Shown here: positions 54,049 to 54,855 of the stretch, piece by piece
Numbering within the stretch: the first letter of the stretch is position 1
Layout: every line of letters begins with the position of its first letter
Origin: a virus
Virus record (IMG/VR): IMGVR_UViG_3300031280_000001
Span: 1 to 54,855 of that record
DNA: 54,855 nt
Reading direction: 5' to 3' (one strand)
Program-made: the position numbers and the translations under genes
The notes under the pieces: model-generated
What the model was told of the DNA's origin: nothing
Seen by the model: only the letters and a program-made list of their open reading frames with translations
The model's database searches: none

Positions 54049-54855
54049 CCTGCATATCGTCTGTCATATTGCGCTTAACGCCAGCTCCACGTGAAGGTCT
54101 GGTTGTATTAGCCGCAACGTCTTTCTTGGTTGCTGGTCTAGCTGATGTGCTTGGCCTTGTCGGCGCCGCTGTCGTAGCTTCTGCTGCCGGGGCCTCATCT
54201 TTTGGAGCATCTGCCTCAGGCTCTGCTTTCGGGGTACTAACTCCACCCCTGGTAGGCCTTGATGGCTTCGTCGCCTCAGGCTCCTTTGCATCCTTCTTTA
54301 ATGCTTCTCTTATCTCAGGGAAAAGATAATCATCCTCAGTACGTTCAGCCAATACTTCTCCATACAAATATTCACCCAGGAGTCTGTAGATATAATCATC
54401 AGTAAACATTGATCCCTTACAGATATTCACTATATCTGGGGTACCTTCACCATAATACTTCGCCGGCATGGGCAGATAATCAGCCTTGCTTGCACTGTAA
54501 ACGGTCTTCCGCTTCTCTCCAGTTTTACCAAGAATCAAATTGAATCCTTTATCCTTATCAAACATCAATGATCCACCCCTGGTAGTTGCTTCACGGTTGA
54601 TAGCTTTCATAAGCTGAATCTTACACGTAAAAATTTTACCTTCATCATCCCTAACATACCGACTGATAGCATCGACATTTAATGTGCCCTCTGCATCATC
54701 GTTCCAAATCCCTACAATCTGATCACCTTCTAATTCCCAATCAAAAATAAGTCCTGGAATCCAATATTCAATCTGCTTACGCAGCTTCACATTCCCGTAA
54801 TCATCACGGAGATCTAATAACTTATCCAGCTCAGCATTCTTAGCTGATTTCGCGT
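54041..54855 (-). CDS. Putative gp32-like single-stranded DNA-binding protein, truncated at right edge
   Basis: The frame is open to the window end, so GTG at 54790 is probably internal; DKDKGFNLILGKTG motif, low-complexity linker and acidic C-terminus. Confidence 0.55.
   Translation of the reverse strand, partial: AKSAKNAELDKLLDLRDDYGNVKLRKQIEYWIPGLIFDWELEGDQIVGIWNDDAEGTLNVDAISRYVRDDEGKIFTCKIQLMKAINREATTRGGSLMFDKDKGFNLILGKTGEKRKTVYSASKADYLPMPAKYYGEGTPDIVNICKGSMFTDDYIYRLLGEYLYGEVLAERTEDDYLFPEIREALKKDAKEPEATKPSRPTRGGVSTPKAEPEADAPKDEAPAAEATTAAPTRPSTSARPATKKDVAANTTRPSRGAGVKRNMTDDMQDV

Noticed and set aside
1-54855. Stop-codon reassignment as in some crAss-like phages
   Set aside because: Core genes are full length in the standard code, TAG ends several genes, and no suppressor tRNA was found.

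Overview
Part of a large lytic Bacteroidota phage with crAss-like/podoviral gene content. The host is inferred from several canonical TTTG-N19/20-TAnnTTTG promoters; standard genetic code; no integrase in the window. Layout: (1) 1-25240, minus strand: packaging and virion module (RHH regulator, HNH, terminase, portal, scaffold, major capsid, ring/adaptor proteins, fibres, ~1500-aa nozzle, HU, ejection proteins, and a giant protein truncated at the left edge). (2) 25633-35282, plus strand: accessory genes (metallophosphoesterase, two HNH nucleases, RyR-domain protein, lipoprotein, HAD phosphatase, holin-like protein, C13 peptidase) plus a circularly permuted tmRNA gene. (3) 35600-38050, minus strand: tRNA cluster containing several aberrant tRNAs. 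(4) 38060-39790: non-coding control or terminus region with phased repeats. (5) 39794-45470, plus strand: small early-type genes. (6) 45501-end, minus strand: replication, recombination and lysis genes. Two observations stand out. First, ten ~42-nt tRNA-elbow mimics (acceptor-like stem, TATGGTA D-loop-like linker and T-arm, forming a ~12-bp stack) sit at most non-overlapping junctions between the early genes, with an eleventh in the tRNA cluster; this suggests a tRNA-mimic mRNA punctuation/processing system. Second, there is a two-piece (permuted) tmRNA encoding the tag (A)GTKVIQLIPQGRFQEAA. All protein calls come from motif recognition by eye; no database searches or folding programs were run.
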